Shown here piece by piece: positions 1 to 10,658 of a DNA stretch of 64,000 nucleotides. Below the pieces are notes generated by a model. The model saw only the letters and a program-made list of their open reading frames with translations, did not search any database and was not told where the DNA came from. How positions within the stretch are numbered: the stretch's first letter is position 1; each line of letters opens with the position of its first letter. This DNA comes from Carpediemonas membranifera BICM (lineage: Eukaryota; Protista; Fornicata): the NCBI GenBank assembly GCA_019828565.1, contig JAHDYR010000019.1:55984-119983 (forward strand). The letters are read 5' to 3'. Made by a program: the position numbers and the translations under genes.

Positions 1-2307
1 GGCTCTGCAATGCACCCCTAGGGTTCCAAAAGGCACGCAAAAGGCGTTCGCCCCGGTCCTCCACAAAGGAGTTGACATTTACATTGATGACCTTATGGTC
101 TACGCCAAGACAGAAGAGGAGTTCTTAGAGATCCTCGAGAAAGTCTTTGACATCTGCAAGGAGTATAGACTACGTCTGAAGGGCCCGAAATGTGTAATTG
201 GTACAGATCACATCGAGGCCGTGGGATATATTATCTCAGAAAAAGGGAAGCAACTTTCCCCCGAGAGGGTAGATGCCGTAAGAGCCATCCCCAGACCGGA
301 CACTCCGAAGCAGCTTCAGCGCACTCTAGGATCATTCAACTATGTCGCGCAGTTCGTACCGGACGCGTCGCGCCTCCTAAAGCCGCTTAATGACATGATT
401 AAAGCGTCAAAAGATCAACAGCTGATCACCTGGACCCAAGAGCAGGATGAAGCTTTCGAAGCTTTCAAGGAACGGCTATCATCCGACTTGATCCTGAGTT
501 TCCCCGACCTTTCTAAGAAATGGATCCTTGAGACGGACGCGTCTAACGAAGGACTCGGGGGTATTTTAGTCCAGGAGGACGAGTCCGGTAACCGGGAACT
601 CGTCTCACTGTTCTCTAAGAGCCACAGTGCCACCCAGTCCAGGTGGCCCACGTATGAACAAGAGCTTCATGCGATCATATACTGCCTGACGCGGCCCGAT
701 ATGGCCCAACTCTTTAGGTTGAAGGATGATATCCAGATTCATACGGATCACCGCAACTTGGTATATTTACTACAGAGGAAAGAGCTATCAAAGAAGCTCC
801 TTCGCTGGGTTACCGTCCTATCGGACTACACGTTCACCATTAGTCATATATCTGGTAACGCTAACGTCATGGCAGATATGCTGTCGCGGGTGCAGAGCAC
901 CTGCCGGGACTCACACTCCTTAAATCTGCTAGAAGCAGAGGAGAGCGAGGTGAGACCGTCCCTATGGGATATCAGCGAGGCCCAGGCCAGCCTCCCTGAG
1001 GAACATTGGATCGGTTGGGAAGGCCTAGACGGCTGCACCCTGGTGGACTCTACGTACTTCGTACAAGGAGTCCCGATCTTCCCGGACGGTAAGCTACGCG
1101 ACACCTTCCTGCAGTTGGCACATCAATTCCACACTGGCTCAAATGCCACGTATCAGATGCTGAAGAAGATGGTTTTTTGGCCTAGCTGAATGATGTCAGA
1201 CGAACCGTTAAGCGGTGCCCGATCTGCCTCAAGTCGAGAATAAGAAACTACATTGAGGTCGAAGCAGGATCCAGCCTTAGAGGCAAGCCATGGGAGACCG
1301 TGGCTGTGGACACCATTGGACCACTGCCCTTGGATAATCTGGGGGCACGATACCTCGTCACAGCAGTTGACATGTTCACTAGGTATACGGAGCTTATCCC
1401 CGTAGCCAGCGATGACGCACGCACAGTTGCACAGGCCCTATGGGACCGAGTATTTACGAGATACGGTGTCCCCCTCGAACTCCAATCTGATGGGGGTCCG
1501 GAATACGCAAACTCCATACTGGACGCGATGCTCACGGAGCTGAAGGTGCTTCGGCACTTCACGATCCCATATCACCCCCAGAGTAATGGGCTGGTGGAGA
1601 GGAGAAATGCAGAGATTGGCCGCCACTTAAGGTGGATGGTCCTCGCTATTGCGAGCCGAGACGAGTGGGCGACATTGGTGCCAACCGTTCAAATGATACT
1701 TAATGGCACGACAAACACTGCTACGCAGTTCTCCCCTCATGAATTAATATTCGGTCAGCCTCACAACCTATTTTCCACTGAGTGGGACGCGGCAGAGTGG
1801 GGCGACAAGAGGATTGTTGAGTTCAAGCAATCTATCCAGGAGGTCCTAAGGACACTGGAAGACTCGGTAAGGGAAGGCACATCCGCCAGGAGCCAGATCG
1901 AGACGAAGGGGGTAGAAGTAGGTGACTATGTCCTATGGAAACATGAAAACCCCAAGAAGCTCGACTGCCCGAACAGAGGCCCGTGGAAGATTCACGAGGT
2001 ACTGCCGAACCATAAGGTGAAGCTGCAATCTATTGTCACAGGAGACATTAGAGTTACCCACGTCGACAAACTGATGCCATTTGAGACTGATCTTGAAGAG
2101 ACTCAAATGAAGCAATTAGCCGAATCCGATAAGGAACAGTTTGAGATCGAAAAGATCGAGAAGATCGACTGGAAAACCGGTATGGTGACCATTAAGTGGA
2201 AAAACTATGCTGAACGCACGGAACGGCACCTAAGGTCTGTGTCCCACGTCGAAGAGGTTAAGCGCCGTGCTCGGAAGGCCCGTAAGAACCTTGCTAATTA
2301 CGTTTAA
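1..2307 (+). pseudogene. pol: pol of element A (RT-RNase H-integrase-chromodomain), broken by a stop/frameshift near 1187
   Basis: ORFs 95..1189 and 1300..2307; the HHCC cysteines (CPIC) lie in the shifted frame at ~1215. Confidence 0.9.
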
Positions 2308-2365
2308 GGTCCCTCTTTGGTTTCTTTTGCTCCCCAGGAGGGGTTTTCTTCCAAAGAGAGGGTAG

Positions 2366-2428
2366 TGTCACGGTAGTTTAGACCATTTTTACCTTTAGAC
2401 GGTTTACCTTTAAACAGTTCGCTTCACA
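2366..2428 (+). repeat. Putative 3' LTR of A (63 bp)
   Basis: TGTCA...TCACA directly after the PPT; unrelated pol sequence resumes at 2429. The partner LTR is not in the window. Confidence 0.7.
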
Positions 2429-2953
2429 GCATCGCGGATCTACAGGAGCTCACCGCACCCAAGACGGTCACAGACCTGCGCAGGATCGTTGGGAAGTTCA
2501 ACTACCTGCGGTCTTTCATCACTTTCAGTGCAACCCTTATGGAGCCCCTCACACGGCTTATGACTGGGCCAAAACAGGCTCAGATCGCATGGACAGAGGA
2601 ACAAGACGTGGCTCTTGAGCGTCTCAAGTCCACCATCGCCAGGGAGCTCGAGCTCACTCACCCAGACCCCTCACTCCCATGGGAAGTTTACACAGACGCC
2701 AGTGATTATTGCATTGGCGGTGTTATCTTCCAGGTCGACGGCGACAAGCGACAGATCCTTTCCTTCGTCAGCAGAAAGCTCTCAGGACCCCAGACGCGCT
2801 GGACCACTTATGAGAAAGAGCTGTATGTTATCCTCTTTACCATCACCCGCAAAGGTTGCGCGCTGGAGAATGATCTTATCTGACTACAACCCCACCATCG
2901 TTCACATCGAGGGAGCGACGAACGTGATTGCGGACACGCTATCTCGAGCGCTG
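2429..2953 (+). pseudogene. pol: Gypsy element 'C' pol fragment (RT connection/RNase H), internally deleted and interrupted by B
   Basis: GKFNYLR, VYTDAS, WTTYEKEL, NVIADTLSR. The frame continues after B as ALPRSTEEI at 7375. Confidence 0.88.
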
Positions 2954-3023
2954 TGCGGCGGCAAACGGAATTCTCTTTACATAAACTGCACTGACTCGAG
3001 CGCCGTCGTGTGTTACCACAACA
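2954..3023 (-). repeat. 3' LTR of B (70 bp)
   Basis: Identical to 7301-7370 and 12922-12991; TG...CA ends. Confidence 0.96.
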
Positions 3024-3025
3024 CT

Positions 3026-4219
3026 CTACCCCCTCGTCTTCTTCCAAGCGAGGGAGTTGTCATGGATGTAGCTGATAACAAATACATTGTCCCAGTTGTC
3101 GGGCCCGTATCTCTCCCAGGTGGGATTGGAATAGCCCACCCATTCTACTAAGATCTCCCGAACGCCACGCTTGATCCGGTGTTTCCGGACGGCTTGGACT
3201 TGGAACTCTTCTGAGTCTGTCGCGGCCAATCTCCTGCCCTCATCAAGGTCAGGGACGGTGACTCTGCTGAGTCGTGACACATGCACAACCCGCACACTGT
3301 CGTCGACTAGTGAGCCTATCTCGACAGCCTTATGCTCGAGGACTCTTAGTACCTTATAGGGTCCCTTGAGGCCATGTAGCTTCGATTTGTTCACTGGCCT
3401 CTCCAGGACGAAGTCCCCTGCGCTGAGTTGAGTCGCTTCAGTGTCATCCCTAAAGTGCTCGACGGCGAGGTGCTCATCTCGAATGACCTTCACCACGTCT
3501 TCCTGAAGGCGTCGGAGGTTGTCTAGGGCCGTCTTGACGTCCCTAGCCACATCAATCTTAGAGGGTGCCGCCGGCGGTGTCCTCCGCAGCTGGCCGATCT
3601 CCACGTAGCGCCCATACAGGACCTCGTTCGGCGAGAATCCTGTTGCTGTGTGGACAGCACTATTGAGGATGTGTTGAACATATGGCAGGGTCTCTTCCCA
3701 CCTGCTGAAGTCGTTCAATGCCAGTGTTAGCCATCTGACGTGTCTCATGACTTCGGCGTTGCGTCGCTCTACCACACCATTCGATTGAGGGTGGTAAGGC
3801 AGTGTCCTACGGTGGAACGTGTGCATGAGTGTCACGAGCTCCGAGATGACGCTGTTCACGTACTCTGGACCGTTGTCTGACTGAATTACTGTCGGCACGC
3901 CGTGTCGGCAGGCTAGCAGCCAGAGGGCCCTTGCAGCCTGCTGGCCCGTATTGACCTCGGCAGGCATCAGCTCAGTGTAACGACTGAACATGTCGGTCGC
4001 CACGAAGATGTAGTGGAAGCGCGACTCCTCGTGGATTGGTCCGATCGTGTCAATGGAGACGCACTCCCACGGCGCTGTCAGGCCGTCCGTGGTAGAGCTG
4101 TTCGTAGTCTGGATGAAGTCCCGCAGCCTGGTCTTTCTACAGACAATGCAGTCCTTGACATGGTTGGCAACGGCGGTAGCGCGTCCTCGCCAGAATGCCA
4201 CATCCTTGAGGGAGCTCAT
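3026..4219 (-). CDS. pol: Integrase + chromodomain of B
   Basis: CIVC, IDTIGP, SDNGPEY, NGVVERRN, GPY, chromo EFQVQAV...LVEWVGY...TWE; the stop lies in the PPT. Confidence 0.92.
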   Translation of the reverse strand: MSSLKDVAFWRGRATAVANHVKDCIVCRKTRLRDFIQTTNSSTTDGLTAPWECVSIDTIGPIHEESRFHYIFVATDMFSRYTELMPAEVNTGQQAARALWLLACRHGVPTVIQSDNGPEYVNSVISELVTLMHTFHRRTLPYHPQSNGVVERRNAEVMRHVRWLTLALNDFSRWEETLPYVQHILNSAVHTATGFSPNEVLYGRYVEIGQLRRTPPAAPSKIDVARDVKTALDNLRRLQEDVVKVIRDEHLAVEHFRDDTEATQLSAGDFVLERPVNKSKLHGLKGPYKVLRVLEHKAVEIGSLVDDSVRVVHVSRLSRVTVPDLDEGRRLAATDSEEFQVQAVRKHRIKRGVREILVEWVGYSNPTWERYGPDNWDNVFVISYIHDNSLAWKKTRG

Positions 4220-4328
4220 AGTTCCTGATCGTCCACTGTGACGGCGGTGGGCGTACTGGAGGAGCTCGTCCTTCAGTTCCGTCGCGCCTTCAGGTACGAT
4301 GGGAATGCCTTCGAACTTCCAGATTCCA

Positions 4329-5582
4329 TCATGGTCTCTCGAGTAGCCAGCCCTGACCCAGGTATCTCTCTCTCTCGTGCGCTGCTTGCGCCTTCATGAT
4401 TCTCTCGCTCCAGCTTAGCGTCTCCCCCGCTTGGGCTTCTACGCTGGACAGCTGGTCTGCGACTTGATTGTCTCGACCCGCGATGTGGAGGATACTGAAT
4501 TTGTAGTCACTCAGTATCAGAGACCACCTCATCAGCTTGTTGTTCAGGTCCCGCTTTCCCATAAGGTACATCAGATTTCTGTGATCAGATCTGATTGTGA
4601 GGTTGTGGTGCAGCTTAAACAGGGGCGACAGGTGACTGCTGGTAAGGCACGCCAGGATGGCGTACAACTCTTGTTCGTACGTACTCCACCGCTGTTGTGT
4701 TTCACTGAAGCTCCCGGCGAAGAAGGAGACAATCTCCCACTTCTCCTCGCTCTGCTGTTGGTAAAGTACACCTCCAAACCCGGTAGCGCTGGCGTCTGTG
4801 TGCAACTCCCACTTCTTGGAAGGGTCAGGGAACGCTAGCGACACAGCGTCTTTCACCTTCAGCTTGAAATTGTCGAACGCCTGCTGGTGCTCACTCGTCC
4901 AACTGACCGGTTGTCCAGGCTGCGAGTCCTTCCTCAGGCGATTCAGGGGGGTCAGCACTCTGCTGGAGTCGTCCACAAAGCGCGACACGTAGTTAAGGGA
5001 GCCTAGCGTCCGCTCTAAGGCCTTGTAGTTGGTCGGCGGTGGCATGTCTAGCACTGCCTCGATACGCGATGGGGCTAGTCGTTGCCCTTGCGCGTCCAGT
5101 ATGTACCCCACGACCTCAGCTTCGGCTGCCCCTATCGTACATTTCGGCGCCTTGAGTCGCAAGTTGAATTCGTCAGTTCTCTGGAAGACCCTCTCAAGGA
5201 TCTCTAAGAACTCTTCCTTCGAACGAGCGTAAACGAAGATATCGTCGATGTATACTGAGGTCCCCTTGTGTAGCAGTGGGGCATACACCCTGTCCATCTC
5301 CCGCTGGAAGCGGGATGGGGCATTGGTTAGCCCGAACGGGCAGCGCAAGAACTCCATGTAGTTGTCCGGGGTGATGAACGCTGTCTTATGTACGTCCTCC
5401 TCCGCCATGGAGAGCTGGTAGTACCCTTGACGCAAGTCAAGTGTCGCGTAGTACTTGCACCCTGCGGCCTCTCGCACGAACTCCTGGATGTTCGGCAGTG
5501 GGTAGTGGTCCTTCACTGTGATAGCGTTCAGACTCTTATAGTCTATGCATAATCGGATCTTGTCAGACCCCCTTGTGTCCAC
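4329..5582 (-). CDS. pol: RT + RNase H of B
   Basis: RLCIDY, LDLRQGYYQ, PFGLTNAP, YIDD, HTDAS, SDHRNL. Confidence 0.94.
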   Translation of the reverse strand: MDTRGSDKIRLCIDYKSLNAITVKDHYPLPNIQEFVREAAGCKYYATLDLRQGYYQLSMAEEDVHKTAFITPDNYMEFLRCPFGLTNAPSRFQREMDRVYAPLLHKGTSVYIDDIFVYARSKEEFLEILERVFQRTDEFNLRLKAPKCTIGAAEAEVVGYILDAQGQRLAPSRIEAVLDMPPPTNYKALERTLGSLNYVSRFVDDSSRVLTPLNRLRKDSQPGQPVSWTSEHQQAFDNFKLKVKDAVSLAFPDPSKKWELHTDASATGFGGVLYQQQSEEKWEIVSFFAGSFSETQQRWSTYEQELYAILACLTSSHLSPLFKLHHNLTIRSDHRNLMYLMGKRDLNNKLMRWSLILSDYKFSILHIAGRDNQVADQLSSVEAQAGETLSWSERIMKAQAAHERERYLGQGWLLERP

Positions 5583-6339
5583 CCGACACTACTACGACTG
5601 GGGAGGCAAACGGTCCGACACTCGGTCGCACTATCTCCTCCTTCTCCAGTCTTGCCACCTCCTCTTCCACTAGATGCCTCTTCTGAGCGTTCAAGGGGCG
5701 CGGGCCCACTCGAACTGTGGTGTCCTCAGTCAGCTCTATGGTCATAGGCTTCAGACCGTTGCTCTCCGGGAGGTGTGGGTCGAATATCTGCGCGTATTTC
5801 TCCGCTAGAGTTCTTATCTCGCCAGCTATCTCGGAGTCTGGGATGTTGATGAGGCTGACCTGGTCACTGCCTTCGTCCTCCACTGCACAAGCGAGGTACG
5901 GGTGGTCGAGCGCGATATCGTCGTCGCCGTCAGTCGCCTGCGAGGGCGTCTGCGGCTTATATATGTGTAGGCCTTCGTCGCTGAGCAGCCCGAGGGCTCT
6001 GAGAGCGCTACATCCGAGGAGCATGCGTCCCGATCCTGGGATCACAAGCATTCGGATCGTGACAATCAGGACGCGCGGTCCGATGTCTGGTAAGGTGATC
6101 GTGAGCTCTACGGCTGTCTTTCCTGTCACGATGGCCCCTCCCGCGACTCTTACTCTAAAGGTCGGACATGGGATTGTCTTGATGCCTGGGTCGTGCTCCT
6201 TCATCTCTCGTAGTGTGTTCTCGGGGATGAACGGATGAGTGGCCCCAGTGTCCACGACCATGATATAGTCTCTGCCATTTACAATGGCCTTCGTCGTCAG
6301 CGCCTCGTCTCCTGCCTCCATTGCTTCCGAAGGGTGCAA
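5563..6339 (-). CDS. pol: Aspartic protease and RT N-terminus of B
   Basis: VDTGA, LLG, GPFASPVVVV. Confidence 0.88.
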   Translation of the reverse strand: MHPSEAMEAGDEALTTKAIVNGRDYIMVVDTGATHPFIPENTLREMKEHDPGIKTIPCPTFRVRVAGGAIVTGKTAVELTITLPDIGPRVLIVTIRMLVIPGSGRMLLGCSALRALGLLSDEGLHIYKPQTPSQATDGDDDIALDHPYLACAVEDEGSDQVSLINIPDSEIAGEIRTLAEKYAQIFDPHLPESNGLKPMTIELTEDTTVRVGPRPLNAQKRHLVEEEVARLEKEEIVRPSVGPFASPVVVVSGGHKGV

Positions 6340-6372
6340 GGGTGTGGTCGCCGGTTCTCTTTGGGTACGTCT

Positions 6373-7281
6373 TCAACGGCGGGGCACTACGCTTATTGGA
6401 CTCTGGCTTGTTGACGCTGAGAGTGGGACACAGATTGTCGTAATGCATCTGTCCGCAGTGCCGGCAAGGGCGCATCTTTCTCTTGCCAGGCAGCACCGTG
6501 TAGGGCGTCTCTGATTTCTGGGTCTGTGGCGCGCTGCCCTTAAGACTGATGTTGTTATTAGGAGGCTCGCCCCCGCCGCTCGGGTCGGGGGTTGGGTGAG
6601 CCTCCTCGGCCTGGCAACAGCACGTGCCACCGCAACCAGAGAGGTAAGAGTCTTGGCCTCGCAGAGCTTGGACTCTAGATCAAGGCGCTCAAAGAGTGCC
6701 TTAGGCTTGATTCGCTTAAGGAAGATCTCCCGTGCAACCTTATCGAACTTGTCGGCGCGGAGGCGCGCGGCCTCTGCCACCGTGAACTGACGTTGGACCG
6801 TACGCTTCTTAGCGGTACCGTCTTCGTCGATAAAAGCCTCTTCGGCGGACTTAAGACCGTAAAGAGGGATCATGGCTCGAGTCGCGTCGTCATTGAGGGC
6901 GACGGTCTCGGCGAGCTCAGCAAGCTCCATGAAGTCAGCGATGAACTCGCGCACGCAAGTGGTGAGTGGGAGTTTGCTGATCGCTGTAGTGGAGCACTGA
7001 AGCTGCTTAAGCTGAGTTTTGAGGGCGCTCAAGCTCTTCGGCATGGACTCCTTCGTGAGGAAGTCGAAGACTTGTTCTTCGGAGAGATCTTCGGCTCTCT
7101 TGAGGCCGTAATGAATCTCAATCTCCTTTTGAAGGGAATCGCACAGTAGTAGAGCTATCTTGAAGTCAGGATGGCGCGTCTTAAAGACTCTCACTTCACG
7201 CTTGAAGGCACGAACGCGTTTTTGCGTAAGATCCTTTGCTTCGATGCTAGGGAATGAATAATCGATGCTCAAGCTTACCAT
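6373..7281 (-). CDS. gag: Gag of B (zinc knuckle CRHCGQMHYDNLC in a shifted frame near 6430-6470)
   Basis: First ORF after the 5' LTR; similar to gags of I and K; CCHC motif. Confidence 0.85.
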   Translation of the reverse strand: MVSLSIDYSFPSIEAKDLTQKRVRAFKREVRVFKTRHPDFKIALLLCDSLQKEIEIHYGLKRAEDLSEEQVFDFLTKESMPKSLSALKTQLKQLQCSTTAISKLPLTTCVREFIADFMELAELAETVALNDDATRAMIPLYGLKSAEEAFIDEDGTAKKRTVQRQFTVAEAARLRADKFDKVAREIFLKRIKPKALFERLDLESKLCEAKTLTSLVAVARAVARPRRLTQPPTRAAGASLLITTSVLRAARHRPRNQRRPTRCCLARERCALAGTADRCITTICVPLSASTSQSPISVVPRR

Positions 7282-7300
7282 TAAGCAAAGTAATTACTTA

Positions 7301-7370
7301 TGCGGCGGCAAACGGAATTCTCTTTACATAAACTGCACTGACTCGAGCGCCGTCGTGTGTTACCACAACA
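7301..7370 (-). repeat. 5' LTR of B
   Basis: Identical to the 3' LTR; adjacent palindrome AAGTAATTACTT at 7288-7299. Confidence 0.96.
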
Positions 7371-7374
7371 GCTG

Positions 7375-7730
7375 CCGCGTAGCACAGAAGAGATCGCTAG
7401 CCTCGAGGAGTCCCACCACACACTGATAGAAGCAGCCCACAACGACGCAGTTGGCCGCCATGGCGTGCGCCGCACACTGCTGACTCTTCGAGCCGCCGGC
7501 CACAAGTGGCCTGGGATGCAAGCTGAGATCAAGAACTTCGTCTCTCAGTGCCTCAGCTGCCAGTTCAAGCGCAAAGCCGACACCAAGGTACCCTACCACA
7601 GTACTCAGCCCTCGAACCCCTTTGAGGTAATCTTTATTGACGCTCTTGGCCCCCTACCCGAGTCACACGATGGGTCAAAATACATCATCGCGGCTGTAGA
7701 TGGTTTTAGCAAGCACCTCTCGCTTTTCCT
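7375..7730 (+). pseudogene. pol: Element C integrase N-terminal fragment (duplicated at ~12996-13352)
   Basis: HNDAVGRHG...WPGM...CLSC, IDALGPLP, VDGFSK. Confidence 0.88.
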
Positions 7731-7762
7731 ACGGGAACACAGGGGGAGTCCATCCCCGCCGC

Positions 7763-8361
7763 TGTGCTCCTACTGGAGGAGGGAAAGAACTTTAATAAAG
7801 AGAAAACCCAATGGTTGCAAATATGGTGTAATCTACAAGTCATAAACTATGTAAGTATTGGGTAAGACCCACTACACTGCCCCTTCAGTGCCCAAATGGG
7901 CACGACCTCAAGCGGTGTGACTGTACGGCTAGTGAGGATTTGTCGAAGAGTCAACTGCTTTGTTCACGGTTGCCACGCCGCTCGCGCCGCCGTCCATCTC
8001 ATTGGCAGTGAGATGGGCTATGTCTGACCTTCTAGTCGGTGTCGCTACGCGCACTGACAATGTCTCAAATCTTTTCCTGAGATTCAAATATTTTGTGTGG
8101 TACCACTGGATAAATAGCGCGCTGATGTAAAATGGATCCTTACCGGGGACACTGCCCCTCCACGGCCAGTATAGGCCGTCAAATGAAACAAACCAGTTTG
8201 AAACAATCAAACGGTGCACCTTTGGGTCAAACGACCTTCGGTTTCGTATTTTGCCCAACATGGGGACTTCTTCGCGTTCATTACATAGTACTGTCGAAAT
8301 ATGGCCATTAGAGGCTTCAACGAGGCTTCGTTGTCGAGTTCTGGTGCTTTTTTCTTCACAG
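7763..8361 (-). mobile_element. 3' LTR (7763-7876, 114 bp) and 3' UTR of family D within duplication copy 1
   Basis: Same sequence as 13385-13984. Confidence 0.92.
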
Positions 8362-8714
8362 TGTGCTCGAGAGGACGGAAAAACAACTTGGTGCTTTAGT
8401 CAAAGAGAAGTCGACACAACAGTGTCGACCGGAATGGCGGATCGAATCGCCAATCAAATAAAATATTTGATTGGCACACTGCCACACTACCTCCCCAGAG
8501 GCGGAGCCCGAGACCTTCAAGAGCGGTCAAAGCTCATTTCCGCCTGGCGACAGGCGCACAGCGGGTCCTGCAGCAGGACACGGGCGGACATCTTGGCCGG
8601 GCACACCTTCCCTCAAGGCTCTGACGGGTGGGAGAGTAGAGACAACTTGTACTAGCACGGATCGTTTATTTGTTTGGGCAGGACGCTGAACCAATGTCCT
8701 GCCTTGACAGTAGC

Positions 8715-10658
8715 TTAGAGTTGCCAGCCATTGCGGCGGCAGGCGGCCTCGACTGGCTGTCTCCATGAAGGGCTGACGTTGAGAAAGTCGTCGAGAGCGG
8801 CCATCTGGGCTGTCTCAGCGTTGAGCGTGACCTCCGAATCCTCTGCTGACTCGCACCCGGCCCAGTGGACTAGGAGGTATATGGTCTTCGATCTGGCTGG
8901 ACGACGGGCCGAGACGATGTGGTCTACGGCGTACTCCCCCTCTTGCTCGGCGACTAGGGTCTTGAGCTCGTCGAGGTCCGTGGAGCCAGTCCAGGCCTTG
9001 ATGCGGCGGTCGGAAACTTCCATGGTCTTATCGGTCGTGATGTGTTGGATGATCGACGACGACGTGTGGTCACCGCGGCGCAGATATCTGAACGGACCGC
9101 GCCAGTTTGCCTCGATCTTGGCGGACTTCGGGCGAAGGAGGAGTACGAGAGAGCCGGGCTCGTGCGTGGGGGGCACATTGGTGGGAATTGCAGCCTTCTT
9201 GGCGGCGTAGCGAGCGAGGGCTTCGCGGGCGGCCTTTAGGCGCGAAGGATCGGCCTTCCCTTCGGTGAATGGGAAGAGGATGTCCAGAGGAGAGGCCTTG
9301 GTGGACGAAACCTGCTTGGAATTGAGGATAAGCTCGACAGAGGGCAGATGTTCGTCCCAGGGTTGCATCGTAGCGGGCTTGATGATCTTTTCGATCTCGA
9401 AGTTGTACCTTTCCACAATGCCGTTGGACTGTGGGCTGTAAGGGGCGGAAAAGCGGTGATTCAACGAGAGTGCGCATGTAAGCTCATCTATTAGCTTCGC
9501 TGTGAACTGCGAGCCGTTGTCGGACTGGATCTCGCGAGGTACGCCGTAGGCACCGCAGTAAGCATAAAGCGCGCGAGCGGCCGCGAGGGCGTCAGTGGAC
9601 GTGGCTGGGAACAGTCTGATGTACCTGGAGAAGGTGTCCACGATCGAGATGATGTAGGAGTTTCCCGACGGCGTGGTGGGTAGGGGCCCAAGAGTGTCGA
9701 CCTGAACTCTGTGGAAAGGAGCGTCCGAGGAGGATGGGTGATACGCGATGGGGCACTCTCTGGCAGGGGCATGCAGCTGGCAGTGGGGGCAGGCCTTGAT
9801 CCAGCGTCTGATGTCTTTGTACATGCCAGGCCACGTGGTCTTGGCGGCTTTGACACGGCGAATGCACTCGTCGACGCCGAAGTGTCCGACCGCGTCATTG
9901 TGGACGGCGGAGAACTTGTCGAAGTGAGGCTCTTGGACGACAGCGTTGACTACAGGCGCGTCGGGGAGGATCCGGGAGAGGACGTCTGCAATGACGTTGT
10001 CGACGCCACGGACGTGCTGAATGGTGAAGCGAAACTCGGATAGTCGTAGGGCCCAGCGGAGAAGCTTTTTGACAGTCGGGGCCTTCCGTCTGAGTTGGAC
10101 GAGGTTGCTATGGTCGGTGTGGACATGTAGGTCAGACTTGATCTGGAAGAGGGGTTCGAAGACCTTGTTGGTGAGGACAGAGATCACGGCATGCAACTCT
10201 TGTTCGTATGTTGACCAATTCGACATGGTCTTGTCGTAGGTCTTCTGGAAACAGGCCAGAATTGAGCGAGTACCGTCCTCCTCATCTTGTATTAGCACGC
10301 CTCCTTCGCCAAGTGATGAAGCGTCGGTGTAAATGTGCCAGGGTCTATCGAGGTCTGGGTATGTTAGGCTGATGTGAAGCGCCAACTGGGACTTGATGTC
10401 GTCAAAAGCAGTCAGTTGTTCCTCGCCGAAGACGAACTCGCCGGCTCTGAGTGACCGGTTGAGTGTGGCGAGTGACTTGGTGGCGTCAGGCAGGAACTGT
10501 GCGATGTAGTTGATCTTTCCGAGGATTGACTTCAACTCAGACTGGTCCCGGGGGGCCTGAGGCTGACGATGGCCTGGATGCGGTCGGGGTCGACATGTAT
10601 GCCATTTCGGTCGACGATAAAGCCGACCGATCTGACCTCGGAGGCGCCGATGACGCAT
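8715..10658 (-). CDS. pol: RNase H-integrase-chromodomain of K
   Basis: IYTDAS, HNDAVGH...CPHC, VDTLGP, SDNGSQF, NGIVER, WRGPF, chromo EYAVDHI...LVHWAG. Confidence 0.92.
   Translation of the reverse strand: MRHRRLRGQIGRLYRRPKWHTCRPRPHPGHRQPQAPRDQSELKSILGKINYIAQFLPDATKSLATLNRSLRAGEFVFGEEQLTAFDDIKSQLALHISLTYPDLDRPWHIYTDASSLGEGGVLIQDEEDGTRSILACFQKTYDKTMSNWSTYEQELHAVISVLTNKVFEPLFQIKSDLHVHTDHSNLVQLRRKAPTVKKLLRWALRLSEFRFTIQHVRGVDNVIADVLSRILPDAPVVNAVVQEPHFDKFSAVHNDAVGHFGVDECIRRVKAAKTTWPGMYKDIRRWIKACPHCQLHAPARECPIAYHPSSSDAPFHRVQVDTLGPLPTTPSGNSYIISIVDTFSRYIRLFPATSTDALAAARALYAYCGAYGVPREIQSDNGSQFTAKLIDELTCALSLNHRFSAPYSPQSNGIVERYNFEIEKIIKPATMQPWDEHLPSVELILNSKQVSSTKASPLDILFPFTEGKADPSRLKAAREALARYAAKKAAIPTNVPPTHEPGSLVLLLRPKSAKIEANWRGPFRYLRRGDHTSSSIIQHITTDKTMEVSDRRIKAWTGSTDLDELKTLVAEQEGEYAVDHIVSARRPARSKTIYLLVHWAGCESAEDSEVTLNAETAQMAALDDFLNVSPSWRQPVEAACRRNGWQL

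Larger units (their letters stand above)
1..2428 (+). mobile_element. Ty3/Gypsy chromovirus-like LTR retrotransposon 'A' (5' part outside window)
   Basis: RT (YIDD), RNase H (ETDAS...DHRNL), integrase (VDTIGP, SDGGPEY, NGLVER) and chromo-like C-terminus. Followed by PPT AAAGAGAGGGTAG (2353-2365) and a TG...CA segment. Confidence 0.93.
2954..7370 (-). mobile_element. Full-length chromovirus-like LTR retrotransposon 'B' (4417 bp)
   Basis: Identical 70-bp LTRs 2954-3023 and 7301-7370, 4-bp TSD GCTG, PPT GGAAGAAGACGAGGGGGTAGAG, gag-PR-RT-RH-INT-CHD order. Confidence 0.97.
7001..8361. repeat. 1.36-kb direct duplication, copy 1 (copy 2 at 12622-13984)
   Basis: Near-identical sequence; the differences I found are two homopolymer indels. 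The copies flank element K. Confidence 0.95.

Noticed and set aside
7900-8180. Hammerhead, HDV or twister ribozyme in 3' UTRs
   Set aside because: No complete catalytic core with correct stems could be assembled by eye; reported only as structured RNA.
7929-8261. Sense-strand small ORF in the D 3' UTR (also 13552-14031, 15983-16315; H 37388-37693)
   Set aside because: The frame is not conserved between D and H (a stop falls in the shared block); conservation is better explained by RNA structure.
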